From: Monocercomonoides exilis PA203
Taxonomy: Eukaryota; Protista; Preaxostyla
DNA: 64,000 bases
Direction of reading: 5' to 3'
NCBI GenBank assembly: GCA_001643675.2
Contig: LSRY02000039.1
Span: 930,001-994,000 of the forward strand
Shown piece after piece: positions 11,173-25,100 of the stretch. Every line of letters starts with the position of its first letter. The first letter of the stretch is position 1. Below the pieces are notes generated by a model. That model was not told where the DNA came from. It did no database searches and saw nothing but the letters and a program-made list of their open reading frames with translations. The position numbers were made by a program, and so were the translations under genes.

Positions 11173-14100
11173 ATGTTTGATTTTCAAGGGAATGGTTTTT
11201 TAACTTGGGAAGAATTAAGTTTTTTTTTCGAAATTCTTCAGTTTCCATCTACTCCCCTTGATCAAATTAAAAATTGGTCTGGAGCAAATGAGAAAGATGC
11301 TCCTGGTTTAAATTATGAGCAATGGAAACATCTTTTACACAATCATCAGTTTAAACAGTTTGCTCCATACTGAAAATTTGATGAACGATATTGCTTATTT
11401 TTATACATTTGATTAAAATATGCATTGATAAGTTTTCTTGATAGTAGTGGAGAAAATTCACAATTTGAAAAGATACTATCTTTGGAAGCGGTTTTGAATT
11501 TATGCGTGTCACAAGGATTGAGGTTTTGTGTTTTTATTTTTGAATAATTGATTTTATTTGCAATTATACAAAAATTTTGTTTACAGCATGGCAATGTTAA
11601 ATAAGTATTACACAACATTCACATTATTTGAAGCCGGGGGAACAGGAGTGAACATTGAAAAAGAAAGCGAACTTGCAAGATTACTTCGAGTATCCTGTTT
11701 TCTTTTTAACTGCTTGGTCATAAGAAGAGATTATTTTTTTTTTTCTGTTCTAAATCAATAATTAAAAATAATTCTCATTCAAAAAGCTTTGCAATCGTGT
11801 TGTATCACCAAAGCGTCTTGAAGACTTTCTTTCAACTCTTTCATTGGATCCTCGTTCGTCTCGTCCAAAGATGCTTCGACTGTCTGATTTTTTCGATCTG
11901 TTGCAGCTGACAATTCCAATTCCAGACTTCGAATCGTTGCGCTTGCAAGAAAAAGAGCAAGACAAGCTGAAGGAAGGCGGAAAAGTGCACGGACCAGCGA
12001 AGCCGTCAGACACGCGGAGCATGAAAGAATTGCTGCAGTTTCTGGACGATGAGTACGAGAAGGAGGTGGTGGAGGAGACGTCTCGTCTGGTGGTCGCGGA
12101 GATGGGGCGGAATCAGAAACAAGGGCGAATGAGAAGAGGGGCATTTGGGCGGGGCTCGATGCCTTTTGGGGAACAGAAGCAGCGTTTGCTTTCAGTCGAT
12201 GAAGAAACACGTTCTATTTCTTCTTCTTCTTCTTCTTCTTCCACTTCTCAAAATGAAACAAACAAGTCAATTATGGATGGAAAGGGGGAAGGAGGAGGAG
12301 GAGAAGGGAAAGAGATGGTTGTTTCATTCGTGAGGCACCATAGCCCGTCAGAACAGCAAAGTCCGATGTCTGCCAGCACATTCAGTTTATCTTCACCTTT
12401 TTCTCCTTCTTTTTCGCCTTCTTCTTCTTCTTCTTTGCCTTCTTCGGCAGAAGAGCAGCAAGAACAGCAAAAGCTGCTGAATAATCACCCATCCACGCTC
12501 CACCTCCGCCCATCTTCTGCCTCTTCCTGTCTGACTTCATCTCCCACCTCGTCTTTTCCTTCCTCCTCTTTCTCTTCTTCTTCTTCTTCTTCTTCCTCCT
12601 CCTCCTCCTTTTCTTCTTCTTCTCCTTCCCCTTCTCCGCCCCGCCGACCAGCCACAGGTGTATCACGGCGTCTGTATCGCCCTCCATCAGAAGAAGAAGG
12701 CGACCCGCCGCGGAAGCACCGCATTCGGCGAAAAGAAGATGCGTTTGTGTTTGCCGATCCGAATGTGACGTATGGGCTGGAGAGGACAGAAGAGGAGATC
12801 TTCACAGAGCAGCTGAATTGTGTCATGCCGAACCCGAAGCTGCTGCGGACGGGGACGTTTCCACACGAAATACCCGCACTCCCGGCGCATCTGCGATATG
12901 ACGATGTTGATGAGGAGAGGGCGATGGCGAAGCTGATTAGGAGAGAAGGGCTGGTTCCGCCTTCAGATGAGAAGCCGAAGGTGTGTGATGAAGAAGAGCG
13001 AAGAATGATTTTTATTTTTATTTTTATTTTTATTTTTTTTTTTTTGTGATTATTTTGTTAGAAAATAAGAGAGAGATTATATTTTTGAGTCATATCTTTT
13101 GATGGATAAACTTAAAGATTATAAACTTTTTTATGTGTATTTTTTTTTCATATAATGATGCATTTCTCTCATATTTCTCTTCAAATATTTTCAATCTCTT
13201 CCTTTATTTTTAATCTATTTTATTTCACTCACACATCAATCCTCATGCATTAATTTTTCAGAGCACTCTTCTAGTCACCACCTTTGATCGCCTCTTCACA
13301 AAGCCCAAGCCGTTTGAACCGCCCACGCCAACATCTTCTTCAGTGTTTCGGGAGCTGCATGGCGAGAAGATTATCGAAAGCAAGTTTGTTCTGCCGACAG
13401 AAGTGGCAGCGGAGAAGAGGAAGCAACGAGAAAGGGAGGAGGCGAAGGAGGAAGAAGAGAGGAAAAGAAGAGAAGTGGAGAGGGAGAAGGAGAGGAAGAG
13501 AGGGAGAGAATACTCGTCCCGCTCGGCTGCTCTGTTCTCTTCTGACCCTTTTGCTGCTTTTCCTTCTTCTTCCTCACCATACTCTTCCTCTTCTGCTGCT
13601 GCTTATCCTTCCTATTCGTCTTATCCATCTTATTTGCATTCATCTTCTGCCTCTCCGTCTGCTTTGCATCGAAGCTACACTCGTTCTAACTCACCAGCCT
13701 CATCTGATGCAACAGTTGCTTCTTCTTCTTCTCTTCGCCCTCACTCCGCATCACCCACACGCACACGAAACATCTTCTCTTTCACTCAAAATAATCCTTC
13801 TTCTTCTAATTCATCTTCTTCTTCCTCTTCTTCATATCCCATTTCTCCAGCATTGGAACTGTCTTTGAGTCGGATGCGAGCAGCAGCAGCTACAACAGTA
13901 AGGCCATTGAGAGAAGAAGAAGAAGAAGAAGAAGACGGAGGAAGAGGAGGAGGTGGAGGTGGAGGAGCAAGAGAAGGGAAAAGGAGAGGAGAGGGGAGAA
14001 GGGAAGGCAAAGCAGCGAATCTGCTGCAGGAGAGTCTGATGCTGTTCCACCGGCAGCTGAAGGAGAGGGAGAGGCGGGCGAAGGAGAAGGAGAGGAGGGA

Positions 14101-17100
14101 GATGGGAGAGACGCGGGAGGACGGAGGGGCACACGACGTGCTGAAGAAGAGGAGGGCGATGGACTTTGAGCTGGGGACGGTGAAGAGGCGGGGCGCAGAA
14201 GAGAGGAGAGAGGCGAGGAGGGAGGAAGAGGCGGTGCTGGGGGTGATGGAGAGGAGCGGGAGCACAGAGGAGATGAAGAAGGGGATGAAGACATACTATT
14301 CACCAGAGCTGAAGCAGCAGGAGATGGAGAAGATGGAGAAGATGAAGGAGAAGGAGAAGGAGAAAGAGAAAGAGAAAAACAATAGAACATTGAGTTATGC
14401 GTCGAATCCGATGGATGTTGTGGAGTTTGAGAGGAAGATGGAGGAGGCGGTGCTGAGCGAGGGAGAAAGAGGGTATCTGACACAGAGAGAGAAAAGAAGG
14501 ATCTTTTCGCAGGAGGACGAGGTGTGTGTGAATGTGAATGTGAATGTGAATGAGTTGTTCTGATGAGAGAGAGAAAATGAAAATGAATTGGAATTTGAAT
14601 TTGAATGTTTTATTTGAATGAATGATAAAATTATTTTTTTGATTGTTTCTGATAATTTATTTATAATTTATTTATTTATTTATTTATTTTTATTCAATTT
14701 CCTATTTTTTTATCTCTGAAGCTTCGTTATGAGACAGAAAAGCAGGAGGCTCGCAAGTATTGGGAAGAGCAGCAGCGGATAATTAAACAAAGAGCAGCGA
14801 CGGCTCGAAGGGAGATGTTTGGGAGCAGAACAAGAAGGGGCAATGGATATGGAGAAGAAGAAGAGGAGGAAGAGGAGGAAGAAGAATTGTGGGGAAGGAG
14901 CAGAAGGATAAGCCGGAGAAGAGAAGGGAGGGGTTGGAATGGGAGTGTGAGCGGGAGTGTTGGAATGAGCAGTCGAAGAGGCAGAAGAAGCAGAAGTGCA
15001 AATGGCTGGAAGACAGCCAGGGCAACTTCAGCAAGAACACAAAGAACACAAAGAAGAAGAGGGAGTGGAACAAGAGGAGGAGGAGGAGGAGGAGGAAATA
15101 GAGGAAGAGGAAGAGGAGAAAGGAGCATGAGGAGAGGAGGGAGGAGAGAAGAAGTGCAGATGTGTCTGAGGGAAGGAGGAAGAGGAGGAGGAGGAGGAGG
15201 AAGAGGAAGAGGAGAAGGAGGAGCAAAAGGAAATGGGGAGAACAACGAAGACGGAGGAGCAGGTGTTTTGAGGGAGAAAGAAAGAAAGTTTCCGAAGGCG
15301 CATCTTTTGGAGCACACCACTTCTTCTCTCTCTTCTGTGTCTGTCCCTCAGTCTTCTTCAGCTTCTCGCCGCGGTTCAATTTCTGGCTCTGCTTCTGCTC
15401 CATTCCTGGTGTCACTGACACACTCGAGTGTTTCACAAGATGGGAATGGAATGGCGGGAGGAGAAGGAGAAGGAGAGGGAGAGGGAGAAAGGGGAGAAAG
15501 GGGAGAAAGAGGAGAAAGAGTAGAAGTGAAGGAAAGAAATGGAAATGTGAATTTACTGGCAACTGAAAAGGATGGCAGCGAAGTGAAATCAGAGAGCACA
15601 AACAATCAGCAAGTGCAGCAGCCAAACAGACCAGAAATTCCCTCACTGCTTTCTTCTTCTTCTTCTTCTTCTTCTTCTCAGTCAGAAAAGAGGGTGAATG
15701 AAAGATTTATTCTGCCAGCAGCGAAAAACACGTTCCGGTCGCCGCGTGTTGTGAATGCGATGAGAGGAGAGAAAGAGGAAGAGGCAGAGAAGATGAAGCG
15801 GATGGAGGAGGAGAGGCAGAAGAAGAAGGAAGAGGCAGAGCGAGAGCGGAGAAGGCGGCAGAAGGAAGAGGAGGAGGAGAGGGAGAGGGAGAGGCAGAGG
15901 CGGGCAGCAGCAGAGAGAGACAAGAAATCGAAGCTGTTTGCGCCGGCGAAGGCTTCTTCAATGACACACAAGCAGTCGCTCTTTCTGGACAAGCGGATGC
16001 GTTCTCTTTCGACTGTGTCTGCTGCATCCAACCGTAGCTCGCTCTCTTCAACTGTCTCGTCTGTCTCTTCTGTCTCATCTGCAATGGCTGCTTCTTCTGC
16101 ATCGTTGATAGAGAACACGAATAATGCTGCTGATCCTTCATCATCATCATCTTCCTCTTCTTCCTCTTCGTCTGTTGCAGCGTCTCGTCTTCCAGCGCGT
16201 GTGCAGCCGCATCCAGAGCTTGTGGCGAGGGCGCGTTCGGCGAGTGAGCTGGCAGAGACGTGGAGAGAGAAGGAGCAGAGCAGCGAGACAGGGCAGGTTG
16301 TGCGGGTGATGCCGAGGGGGATGCGGCTGAGGGAGATGAAGAAGGCGAGAGAAGAGAAGGAGATGAAGAAGGCGATGATGAAGAGCGGTGAAGGAGAAAT
16401 GGATGAAGGAGAAGAAGGAGAGAGGGAGGATGGTTATTCAGAAAATGGAGGTTGCGAAGAGCAGAAAGAAGAAGGAGAGGAAGGAAATGGAGATGAAAAC
16501 AAGATGGATGAGGCAGAAGGACTGAAAACACATCGCTCACCCACAAAACACAATGAAAGAGTTAAATCGTCATCATCATCATCTTCTTCTTCTTCAAACA
16601 ATACTCGTCCAATTATCCCGAATCTGACGTTGTCAACCACCTCCACATCTGTTTTCGCCCCGTTCACTCCACATTCATTTCCTCTTTCTTCACTCACTTC
16701 ACGAACAGCTACTTCGTCTTCATCTTTTCCTCTCTCTCCATTCAGTTCAACCAGAAACAACAACCAGAGCAGCCCAAACCATCAGCCTCCTCAAACACAA
16801 AGTCCGTTTTCTCGTTCTCGTCCTCATCCAGCACAATCATCATCATCATCGTTTTCTTCTTCTTCTTTTTCCTCTTCTCCATTTGGCTCTCCTTCCAATC
16901 TGTCAGCCTCTATGCAGTCACCTCCAAGATCCTCCTTTTGCCAGCAGGCTTTTGGGCCTTGTCTAATGCTGCGGCGTCCAACCACAGCGTCTGGAGGGAT
17001 GCGGAAGAAAGAAGAGGTAGGGGAGGTTGAGACACACCAGGCGCGGTTCTACCAGCTGGAGCCGACGGGGGTGGTGCGAGCGAGAACACGCCAGGGATTG

Positions 17101-19614
17101 GGGAGGAGTGGATGGCAAGAGGGAGAGCAAGGGATGGGGCAAGACAGAGGAAGAGAAAGAAGATGGGATCCTCATTCGAGGCCTGTTTCTTCTTCATCGT
17201 ATCTGTCGGCATCATCGTCGGTGTCAGCATCAGGAGCAGTGACAATGCGGCCTTCAACAACATCACCGCTGTCGGTGAGCAGAAGAGTGGGCGGTTCATT
17301 CACAGAGCGGGGGAATGGTTTGAAGGGGTGGGAGACTGATGGATGGGAAGAAGGAGGAATGGGGAGCAGAGGAGAGTGGGGTGGAGGAGAGGGCAAAAGG
17401 GAAGGGAATGGAACGGGGTTGGAGAAAGGGCAGAGCAAAAAATGGAAGAAGCTGTTTGAAGGGAAGTATGAGAGCAGGCCGCGAAACTGCCCACCTCTCC
17501 CGCCGTCTGTGGAGGCGATTCTGCCACCTGCACACATTCGCCTATCGCAGCCGACAGACAGGCAGCTGAGGCATCTTGCAGAGCTGAGGGAGAAGAGGAG
17601 GGAAGAGAGGAGGAAGAAGAGGGCGCTTGGACTGCGTGTGGATGATGAGTGGGAGGATGAGTGGGAGGATGAAGAGGATGAAGAAGAGTGGGGGGAATAT
17701 GAAGAGGATTACGATGAGGATGAAGAAGAGCAGATGCTTGGAAGGGGCTATTTGGAGGAAGACGAAGGAGAGGAAGGTTTCTGGGAAGAAGCAATGGACG
17801 GGGTGGAAAAGAGGAGAGGAGGAAGAGAAAGAGACAGAGAATCTGCTGTGAAAGGAGGGGCAGGAGAGAAGGAACTGGGGTGGTGTTCGAGCACAGGGTC
17901 TGTTCCATCGCTGAGCTCATTTGAAGGGGGCATGACACAGACATCCAGGACATCCAGTTCATTTGGACCATCAGGCTTGTCAAGATTGTCGAGGACATTT
18001 CGGAAGCGCACCCACCCCGATTCCTCAGCACAACGGCCGATGACAGCGAGAGCATTTGGGGAGTTGTTGCCATCGTCTGCTGATGGTTCAATGAAAGTGG
18101 CAAAGTCTTCTCGGGATTATGGACGCGCACGCAGTGCCCGGCCGATCTCTTCATCATCGACAGCGACATGGAGGAGTGGAGGGATGAGCGAGGGGACATG
18201 GAGAGGGCAATCTTCTGGAATGTCTGGGACTGGAGAGATGGAGATTGAGGAAGAGGAGGAGGGCGATGAGTATGAGAGGACGGGTGTGGTGCCAACATCG
18301 TCGGAGCTGTTTGCGATTCATGTGAGGAGCCAGAAGCGGTATGAGGCTGCGTTCAAGGAGCAGAAAGCAGCGTTTGAAAAGCAAAAAGAGGAGTTTGAGA
18401 AGGAGATGGAGGAGAATCGTGAAATCATGACACAAGAAACAAACAGGAGCTGGGGGAGCGGAAACATGGCAGAGAAAGAGGCTGACGTGTTTGGGTTGAC
18501 TGGGGAGTGCATGATGCAAGAGACAAGGAGGAATGGAATGATCGGAAGAGATGATTTCAGCAGCAGCGAGGAAGGTGCTTCACAGACTCTTCAAGCGCTG
18601 CATCCTTCTCAAAGCAATGTAGATGGGGAAGGGCGCATAGAGTTGCAAGGTGGGGTGCAGGCAGCAACTGTTCATTCCATGCAGCTGGAGGGTTCAGATC
18701 GTCGGTCACCAAACAGAGTGGATCGACAATCGTCCAGCGAGAAAGCAGCATCGACAGTTTCTTCATTGTCTTTCCCACTTCACTCTGAATCATCCTCTTC
18801 GTCTTCTTCTTCTTCTTCTTCTTCATTCCCTCTTCCAGCAGAACAGTCTTCTGAGTTCCTCAGTACACTAAGTGCAGCTGCATTTGAGCCAGGCAGCGAT
18901 GAGAAAGGGGATGATCTGGACAAATACATCCACACATTTCTTTCAGAGGGAGTGCGACCAAATGTGGAAGAGATGAAAGCTAACATCAATAACAATAACA
19001 CTTCAATTTCTTCATCTTCATCATCATCATCTTCTTCTTCTTCTTCTGAATCTCTGCAACCATCACCAACATCCACTTCACGCAACATGCTCACTTCATC
19101 GCAAACATCGTCCTCTTCGCTTTCAGCAATGAGATATTCATCTTTTTCTGGCCAATTGGCTCAGGAAGCGGAGCAGCGAGGAGAAATACGGACTGCCTCG
19201 AAAGAAATGGAGTTGTCATCTACACGCTCGTCTGCTGGCTCCTCTGCTCCTGCTCTTTCTTCAACCATCTCATCATCTCCTGGTAGCCAGCACTTCACGA
19301 ATGGGCCGAACATCCGAAAAGCAGTTCGGTTTGGGCAGGCAGGTGGGAATAGGAGCGGAGTGCTTGGGAAGGATCGCATGAACGGGGCATCTCCGCTTGT
19401 GAAGGGCTGCTCGAAGCTGCTTTCGCCTGCGGCCATGCGTTTGCCGCGCTCTAATCCGTATTATCTGTCGAATGTGCGGGCAGTGAATGTGGGGCAGGCA
19501 GTGATGGAAGGGAGGAGCTTGGCTGGATCTGCTGGCAGCGGCAGTGGCACGGGGCACAGCCATTGGGTTGAATCGGTGGGTGGAGACAGCTGGAAGCCAA
19601 AGTTGAAGAATTAG
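11173..19614 (+). CDS. Very large multi-exon protein: N-terminal EF-hand-like region plus ~2500 aa of disordered Ser/Glu/Arg/Gly-rich sequence
   Basis: FDFQGNGFLTWEEL EF-hand loop, followed by short exons and then exons ~11788..12980, 13262..14521 and 14721..19614 joined in frame by GTGTGT...AG introns. The true 5' end is uncertain. Confidence 0.7.
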
Positions 19615-22133
19615 TTTTTTCTTTTTTCTTTTTGGTTTTTGTTTTTCTTTTTGTTTGATTTGTTTTTCATTGGAAAAAGTGTTGAATGATGTGGGGGGAA
19701 AATCAGGATTTGCTTTCTTTTCTTTTCTTTTTTTGTTTTCGTTTTCGTTTTCTTTTGTTTCATGTGCATTCACCACTGGTTGGTGTCTGTTGCAGAAGTG
19801 ATAACATGAGCTGTGCTTTTTGCGAATTCCATTTGAATTGATAGATATGATGTTCATTTTTTGGAAGGTGCATTGGTGATAGAACGGAATTGCAGAAACT
19901 TCACAAAACAGCAAACATTTGCATTCAGGCTACCTCAAAGGGTTGAAGTGGCCAGATTTTGAGAAATTCCAATGGAATCCAAAAGCCACATTCAGAGAGT
20001 CTTTTTTGCAAATGAGCAAAATGGACAATTTGTCTTTGATCCCTTCTCCTGTTTCTTTTTATTTCTTATCATTCCCCCTCTTTCTTCACTTTTATCTCTT
20101 CGCCAGAAGCCTGGATTTTGTGATACATGTTTAACATGAGTCAGTCAGCTCTGTTTCATATCCGATCAAAGAATAAAATACCATTTCAGAAAGATTCATT
20201 GAGTTCTAATAAACAATCCAGAATGATCTTTACCAAAACTTGATTTCACTTTTTTTTTCATCTCCAAAAGAATTCCATCACAACCATGAAGCCTAAAATG
20301 ATTGTTTTATGCTATTTTTCATTCAGCTTCTCTGATGCTTTTTAAAAACACTTCAAAGTGACGCGTTTCAATATCTATTTCATCTTGGTCACATCACTTT
20401 TCTCTTGTTTCTTTCAGCCCAACTATAAAATCTTGATAAAATAACTTTTCGTTCAAATGTACTCTTTATTTCTGCGTTGTGCACTTTTTGCTATGGATCA
20501 AGTTTTTTGATTCCTTTCAGTTTTTGGTTTTTTCCCCCTTCTGAAATCTTCTTTAAGGATGATCTAGAGAATTCTGACTTTTATAATTATTTTATTTTTA
20601 ATTTTTAAATTTATATTGGCAAGTGGGCAGATAACGACCGGTTAAAAAATTCGATTAACAGGTTTTTATTTATTTATACTATTATTAATTAATGCAATTA
20701 TGATATTTCTACAGTGATTTTAGAATTACAGTGATTCAAAACTGAGTTAACCAATCTTTCAAATCCAACAGGAATTTTTATTTAGAAAACTTCCCCACAT
20801 TAAAGGGAAAAAAATAAAATCAGTTGATTCAATTAAAAGTTTTTTTTAAATATAACCCAATATTTCTATTCAACAAACAATTTTATTGTTTTCATCCTAA
20901 TAGACCTTATTCATTATGTATTAACCACATGGTATTTGCCTTAACAAAGCCAAAAAGAAAGACAAAAATTCGAAATGAATTGTATTTATTTGAATTGATT
21001 GAATCAATGCAAATTGATTCACTTCTGGGAAAAAGATCTTATTTTTTGATTGTTTTTCTGCTCGAAATAATCAAAAGATTTCCGAAAAACTATTCATTCC
21101 AAATGTATTTAAATCAATTTGTCGGTGATTTCAATTTCAAAAATCGAAGTTTCACCAATTCGATGTTTTCAAAATTCGATATTCAACATTTGCTGTTGTT
21201 CAAACAATAAAATCACAAAAATAAAAGGATATTCTTTTTATATTTTTTATTGATGATTGATTTGAAATGGAAAGGTAATTAATTCGTAACAGATAAAACT
21301 GAATTTAAAATAAGTCAGAAATCCAAATAATAATCACTATCGATATTTATATAAACTTCACAATGCATTTAATAGCTTTTATAATAAGACATATTTTAAT
21401 AGATAACGAAAATAGTTTTTAAAAATTTGTCTGTAACGAAAATTTTATTGAAACACTAAAAAAATTTCTAAAACATAATATAAGCGAAGGAGAAATATAA
21501 GATTAGGAGAATTTGTAAAAAATTGTTGATTATTAAAGTTTGAAGGAGCAAAAATATTCTCAATTGGCTGTCTCGCACGATAAAAACAATAAAAATAACA
21601 TCAATATTTTCGGACTTTTTCACATTGAAGAGCTAAATGCATACCATTTACATATAACAAACTGCCATGCTAATAACGGATAAAAGTATTGATAAAAATA
21701 AACTGCTTTACATCAAAATACAAGTTAAATATTTCACGAATATGATCAAATATGCTATATAAATTTTTATTTCTTGATAACAAACAAGATTGAGCCAAAT
21801 CAGAATTGATTCAGTCAATTCAAAAAAGTCGGACAAAATTCAAATTGATCTAATATTTGAAAATTTATTGAATAATTTTGTTAAAGTTCTAATATTGATA
21901 AAATGAACATTTTGCATTTTCATTTCGATACTTATTGAAAATTCAGAAAAAGTCAATTTTGTACAAACTTAATTATTTCTTTTCTTTTCTTTCTTTTTGA
22001 TTGGATATATGAATAATCGTGTAGTTCTTTGTTAAATGAAAGTCTGGATTGAATAATAAAAATATGGGGTTAAAGTATTTTATATTTTCTGATTATTTTC
22101 GGCAACAATTTCCATTGCAAGCTCTTTTCCAAC

Positions 22134-25100
22134 ATGAAGGCTGTATTTTGTATTTGTGCATTGATTATGTTTGGTGCCAATTGCAGGAATATGGAGGACA
22201 TTGCTGAAAGACAAATTCAACAAAAAATGAACGAGGAGATGCAGAAAGATTTGATCAACGTTGCAGATAAAAATTACGATTACAACATCAATTTTTACAA
22301 TTCAATGGCGAAAGTTATAAAACCAGCTGGCAATTGCATCTGCTGTATTCAAACAACTTTAAAAATCATCAACACCTCCTTGTGCGTGAACCATCTTGAC
22401 ATCATCCCCTTCGCTGGTTGTCCGCTCCTCACTGTCCAACACCACTCAGCTGCCACTATTATCTCCTCCACTTGCCAAGTCAACCCAGCAACAAAATCTC
22501 CACTTTTCCTCTCTGCCCACGCCTCCCTCTCCCTCACAAACTTCTCCCTCACCACCCCTCAACCAGCCATCTTCTCCTTCCCCCTCTTCTCCACCCCAAA
22601 CAATCTCCTCCCACATGCCCACTCCCCAATCCTTGCCTCCTTCTCCATTTCCCATTCCTCTTTCTCCTCCTTCATCTCCCTCGTCCAGCCCTTCCTTTTT
22701 TCTCCTTCTTCCCTCTCTTCCCCATCCCCTTCTCCATCTCCTTCCCTTTCCCCTTTTCCTTCATCTTCTTCATCCTCGTCTCCATCCCCTTCTCCTTCAT
22801 CATCTCCATCCTCTTCCACTTCTTTTTCGTCCCCTTCCTCTTCCACTTCCCCTCTCCATATACATCACCAATCTCATCCCCACCTCCAAATCCATCTCAA
22901 TCTTTATCTCTCAAACACCCTCTTCTCAAACATCTCATCTCCCCAATCCCCTCTATCTCTTCCATCCCTTCCTTCACACTCACTCAATCCTCTCACCTCA
23001 ACTGCCTCTTCCTCTTCTTCCATTTCCACCAACACAAATTTCAATTCAACCCCCTCCTTCTCTCTTCGCTCCTCTCTCTCCATCCACTCATCCATCTTCC
23101 TCCACACCTTCAACCCAATCGATGGTGCCATTCTCCCTTCCCTCAACAGCCCCTCCACTTCTCTCTCTGCCTTCAACACTTCTTTCCTCCACCAAGCACG
23201 CTCTTCATCAATTGATGTTGTAAGATATAACGGATCCGAAACTCAAAAATTGAAACTTGAAAGAATGTCCTCATTCAACCTGAATAGCTATCTCTTTGAA
23301 TGGTGCGAATGGAATGATTCAAATGGCATCTCTTCATCTGGTGGGGCACTTTGTATTGTTTGCGAAAATGCAAATCTTGCAATCACTTCTTGTTCATTTA
23401 ACAAATGTTTAACGGATGATCATGGTGGAGCAATATATTGCGAAAGTTTATTAAATATCAGCTTCACAAAATCCAATTTCACAAATTGTTCAGCTGCGCA
23501 TGGAGGAGCAGTTCACATGAGACATCCGCAGTCGAATTCTATTTGGACACTCTCTGAAAATAGAGTGGAAGGTTGTTCAATAACAAGTTGGTGTGGAACT
23601 TGTTTTTACTTCTGGCTAAATAACATGACCTCAGATTGCCAATTCCTGTTTTCCAAATGCAAGTGTATCGCAAATTCCGGTGTTGATTCTGCTGGTGCCT
23701 TAACGTTTTATTATCCCCCTGGAAGCAGACCTAATCAATTTTTGGTTAATGATTGCCAGTTTCTAAACAACAGATTGGAAAATCCATCTTCTTATGGTGG
23801 TGCAGGATTATGTTGCGCGAGGACATCTTCCTGGATGAGTGAAATTAAGTTCATCTCTTTCTGTTTCTTTGAAGGAAATGCAGCAACAAGTGGCAGAGGA
23901 AATGATGTTTTCTTCAGCGGAAACAGCATCACTCAATCTCCATTCGAGAATTGCGGATCAACAACTCCAACGAAAAGAGTGTGGAATGCTGGAACAGCTG
24001 ATAGTGATGAATTCAACAGCTGGCTTCCTCTCATCGCCCAGAACAGAATCGTTTCTAGCAATGGAGCAGATGTCGATGGATGCGGGAGAATACAACAGAG
24101 TCCATGCTCCACTATTGAGTATGCACTCTATGGGTTTGACTTTTTCAAAGAAGCATCTCTTATCCTCCTTAGCTCAACATTTGTTCCTTCTCAAACACTC
24201 GTCTTCAGCGCAGTTGACACAAAAATCACTGGAAATGGCACAACCGCCACCACCATCGCCTCCAGTGGCATTCCCCAACAACCAAACTCACATTCACAGT
24301 CATCACAATCAGCATCATCATTTTCATCATATTCATCATTTTCATCTGCATCTTCTTCACCAGATCCATCTGCCTCGTCTGCCCTCTTCCAACAGACCCA
24401 GGGCTCCCTCACAGTCTCTGCCCTCGCCATCTCCCACAACTCCTCAAATCAAATCACCCCCATCCTCTTCCACCTCTCCAATAACTCCCCTTCCCTCAAC
24501 CTCAACACAACAACCATCACTGGAACAACCTCCATAACAATAAAAACCCCCCTCTTCTTCCTCATTGCTGGCTCCCTCGCCCTCAACCACACAGCAATCA
24601 CCAGTCTCACCCTCAACAGCCAAAGCATCTTCCACCTCACCTCCCTCACAGCTCCCCTCGCTCTCAACTCCTCCAACATCACCCACATCACCTCCACAGC
24701 CACTCCCACCAGCTGTATCCTCTCCTCTGCCACCTCTCCTACCCTCTCCCTCTCCCTCGCCAACTGCACCATTACCAACATCAACTCAGAGCAGTTGAGC
24801 CAACAGACTTCCACCAATGGCGGGTGCATCTCATTCGCCTCATCTGCCTCTGCCAACTCGTTTTCTGTGAGTAACACCGCCTTCTCCAGCTGCTCTGTGT
24901 GCGAGGATACAAGTTCTGGAGGAAGAGGCGGTGCTCTCATGATCGAGTACAAGGATGATTCTGAAGTGTCAGCATCCTCCTTTTCCATGACAAATGTGGT
25001 GTTTTCAGCCAACAAGGCCAGCGTCGGAAGAGATGTGTATTTTGTGTGCGAATCCCTTGTCGCTTCTGTGAAAGAGCCCTTTTTTGCCTTTATGAGAAGC

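Noticed and set aside
12145-19914. Dozens of overlapping or antisense ORFs, also across 7409-8435 and 22349-30413
   Set aside because: Shadow frames of stop-poor microsatellite or compositionally skewed coding sequence; no independent motifs.
20824-21210. AT-rich ORF 20824..21210 and similar F/I/K/N-rich ORFs (30420..30830, 31787..31993, 35036..36640, 40900..41280)
   Set aside because: Mostly non-ATG starts, and composition typical of chance ORFs in intergenic AT-rich DNA.
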